This document shows positions 63,138-64,000 of a stretch of DNA of 64,000 nucleotides, piece by piece. The first letter of the stretch is position 1, and each line of letters begins with the position of its first letter. Source of the DNA: Bacillota bacterium (GTDB lineage Bacteria > Bacillota_I > Bacilli_A > Izemoplasmatales > UBA1188); the NCBI GenBank assembly GCA_023410715.1, contig JAEYPN010000030.1, positions 48,806 through 112,805 on the forward strand. Reading direction: 5' to 3'. The translations under genes were made by a program, and so were the position numbers. The notes under the pieces are model-generated. The model was given only the letters and a program-made list of their open reading frames with translations, did not search any database and had not been told where the DNA came from.

Positions 63138-64000
63138 ATGAGCCATCAAATTCTTGATACTAATTTTAAATATAAGGATATTCCTTGGAATGATTATCCT
63201 CGTCCTAATTTAGTACGTAATTCCTACTTAAATTTAAATGGTTTATATGATTATATGGTAACAAGGGAACACATGACTAACAAATTTTTGGGTAAGGTTA
63301 TGGTTCCCTTTCCCATAGAATCAAAATTATCACTAGTTGAAAAAACCTTAAAAAAAGGTGAATATCTATTTTATCACAAAGATGTAACACTGGATCCACA
63401 ATTTATTAAAGATAAATTATTACTTCATTTTGGTGCTGTAGATAATATTTCAGACATTTATATTAATAATATTCATGCTTATCACCATGAAGGTGGTTAC
63501 CTACCTTTTTCTTTTGATATTAAAAAATATTTAAAAGATACTCATTTTTCCCTACTTATAAGGGTTAAAGATGATATGGATTTAAATTTTCCATATGGTA
63601 AACAAAAGATAAAACGCGGAGGTATGTGGTATACAAAGATATCTGGTATTTGGCAGACTGTATGGCTTGAAAGTGTCGATGAAAAATATATAAAGAATAT
63701 CATCATTACGCCTGATATTGATAAAAGTGAAGTAAACTTAAAAATAATAAGCGATGCGACTAGTTTTATAATTAAATATGAGAATAAGGTTATTAAAACA
63801 AGAGAAAAAGAAATTACTTTAAAAATTGATAATCTCCATTTATGGTCACCAGAAGATCCATATCTATATGATTTAGTAATAAGTACTGATAATGATTTAG
63901 TTAGAAGTTACTTTGCTATGCGTAAATTTTCGGTTAAAAATGGAAAAATGGAATTAAATAATAAACCATATTTCTTTAATGGTTTACTTGACCAAGGATA
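63138..64000 (+). CDS. Glycoside hydrolase family 2 protein (5' part, runs off the window)
   Basis: It is absent from the ORF track because it has no stop in the window. My hand translation gives MSHQILDTNFKYKDIPWNDYPRPNLVRNSYLNLNG...LLLHFGAVDNISDIYINNIHAYHHEGGYLPFSFDI...GGMWYTKISGIWQTVWLESV, which is typical of the GH2 N-terminal sugar-binding domain. Confidence 0.7.
   Translation, partial: MSHQILDTNFKYKDIPWNDYPRPNLVRNSYLNLNGLYDYMVTREHMTNKFLGKVMVPFPIESKLSLVEKTLKKGEYLFYHKDVTLDPQFIKDKLLLHFGAVDNISDIYINNIHAYHHEGGYLPFSFDIKKYLKDTHFSLLIRVKDDMDLNFPYGKQKIKRGGMWYTKISGIWQTVWLESVDEKYIKNIIITPDIDKSEVNLKIISDATSFIIKYENKVIKTREKEITLKIDNLHLWSPEDPYLYDLVISTDNDLVRSYFAMRKFSVKNGKMELNNKPYFFNGLLDQG

Noticed and set aside
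1-64000. Possibility that this very AT-rich sequence uses the Mollicutes code (UGA = Trp).
   Set aside because: TGA functions as a stop at well-defined gene ends, for example the ATGA overlaps at 6952-6955 and 38437-38440. Conserved proteins such as ValRS, FolC and PepT read through at full length with TGG as the only Trp codon.

Overview
This is a strongly AT-rich chromosomal segment that uses the standard genetic code: TGA acts as a stop, for example in the ATGA stop/start overlaps at 6952-6955 and 38437-40. Nearly all genes are on the + strand. The gene order engB, spoVID/ysxE-like, T-box-valS, folC, radC, spoIVFA/FB-like, rplU, rpmA mirrors the Bacillus subtilis map. That points to a low-GC Bacillota organism, possibly Erysipelotrichia-like, which I cannot verify here. 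The flanks hold ordinary functions. These include peptidases (pepT, an M18 aminopeptidase, pcp), a malic enzyme, translation genes and glycan-utilisation genes (a GH18 lipoprotein, nagA, a phosphorylase-like 1057-aa protein and a partial GH2). I found no rRNA or tRNA genes, CRISPR arrays or transposases.

The standout is a ~24 kb accessory block (about 5.29-29.28 kb) built from two tightly packed operons. Each operon is headed by a near-identical cassette of promoter, class-I c-di-GMP (GEMM-I) riboswitch and intrinsic terminator.
- Five proteins carry TasA/camelysin-style SipW-type signal peptides.
- Three SipW-type signal peptidases are present, and each sits immediately 3' of one such substrate.
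- A 2977-aa GLUG/beta-helix adhesin-like protein is encoded in the first operon.
- An unassigned ~40-aa repeat occurs 16 times, shared between that giant protein and a second protein.
- Two membrane proteins combine a degenerate GGDEF domain with an EAL domain.
- A membrane-anchored McrB-like AAA+ protein is paired with a DUF2357-like coiled-coil partner.

I read this as a c-di-GMP-induced extracellular fibre/adhesin system with built-in feedback, in a combination I do not recognise as described.

A second oddity is a 2676-aa membrane-anchored protein (48.8-56.8 kb) made of about 19 unassigned ~90-aa repeats. Other RNA elements are a Val-specific T-box ahead of nudix-valS-folC and a probable L21 leader.
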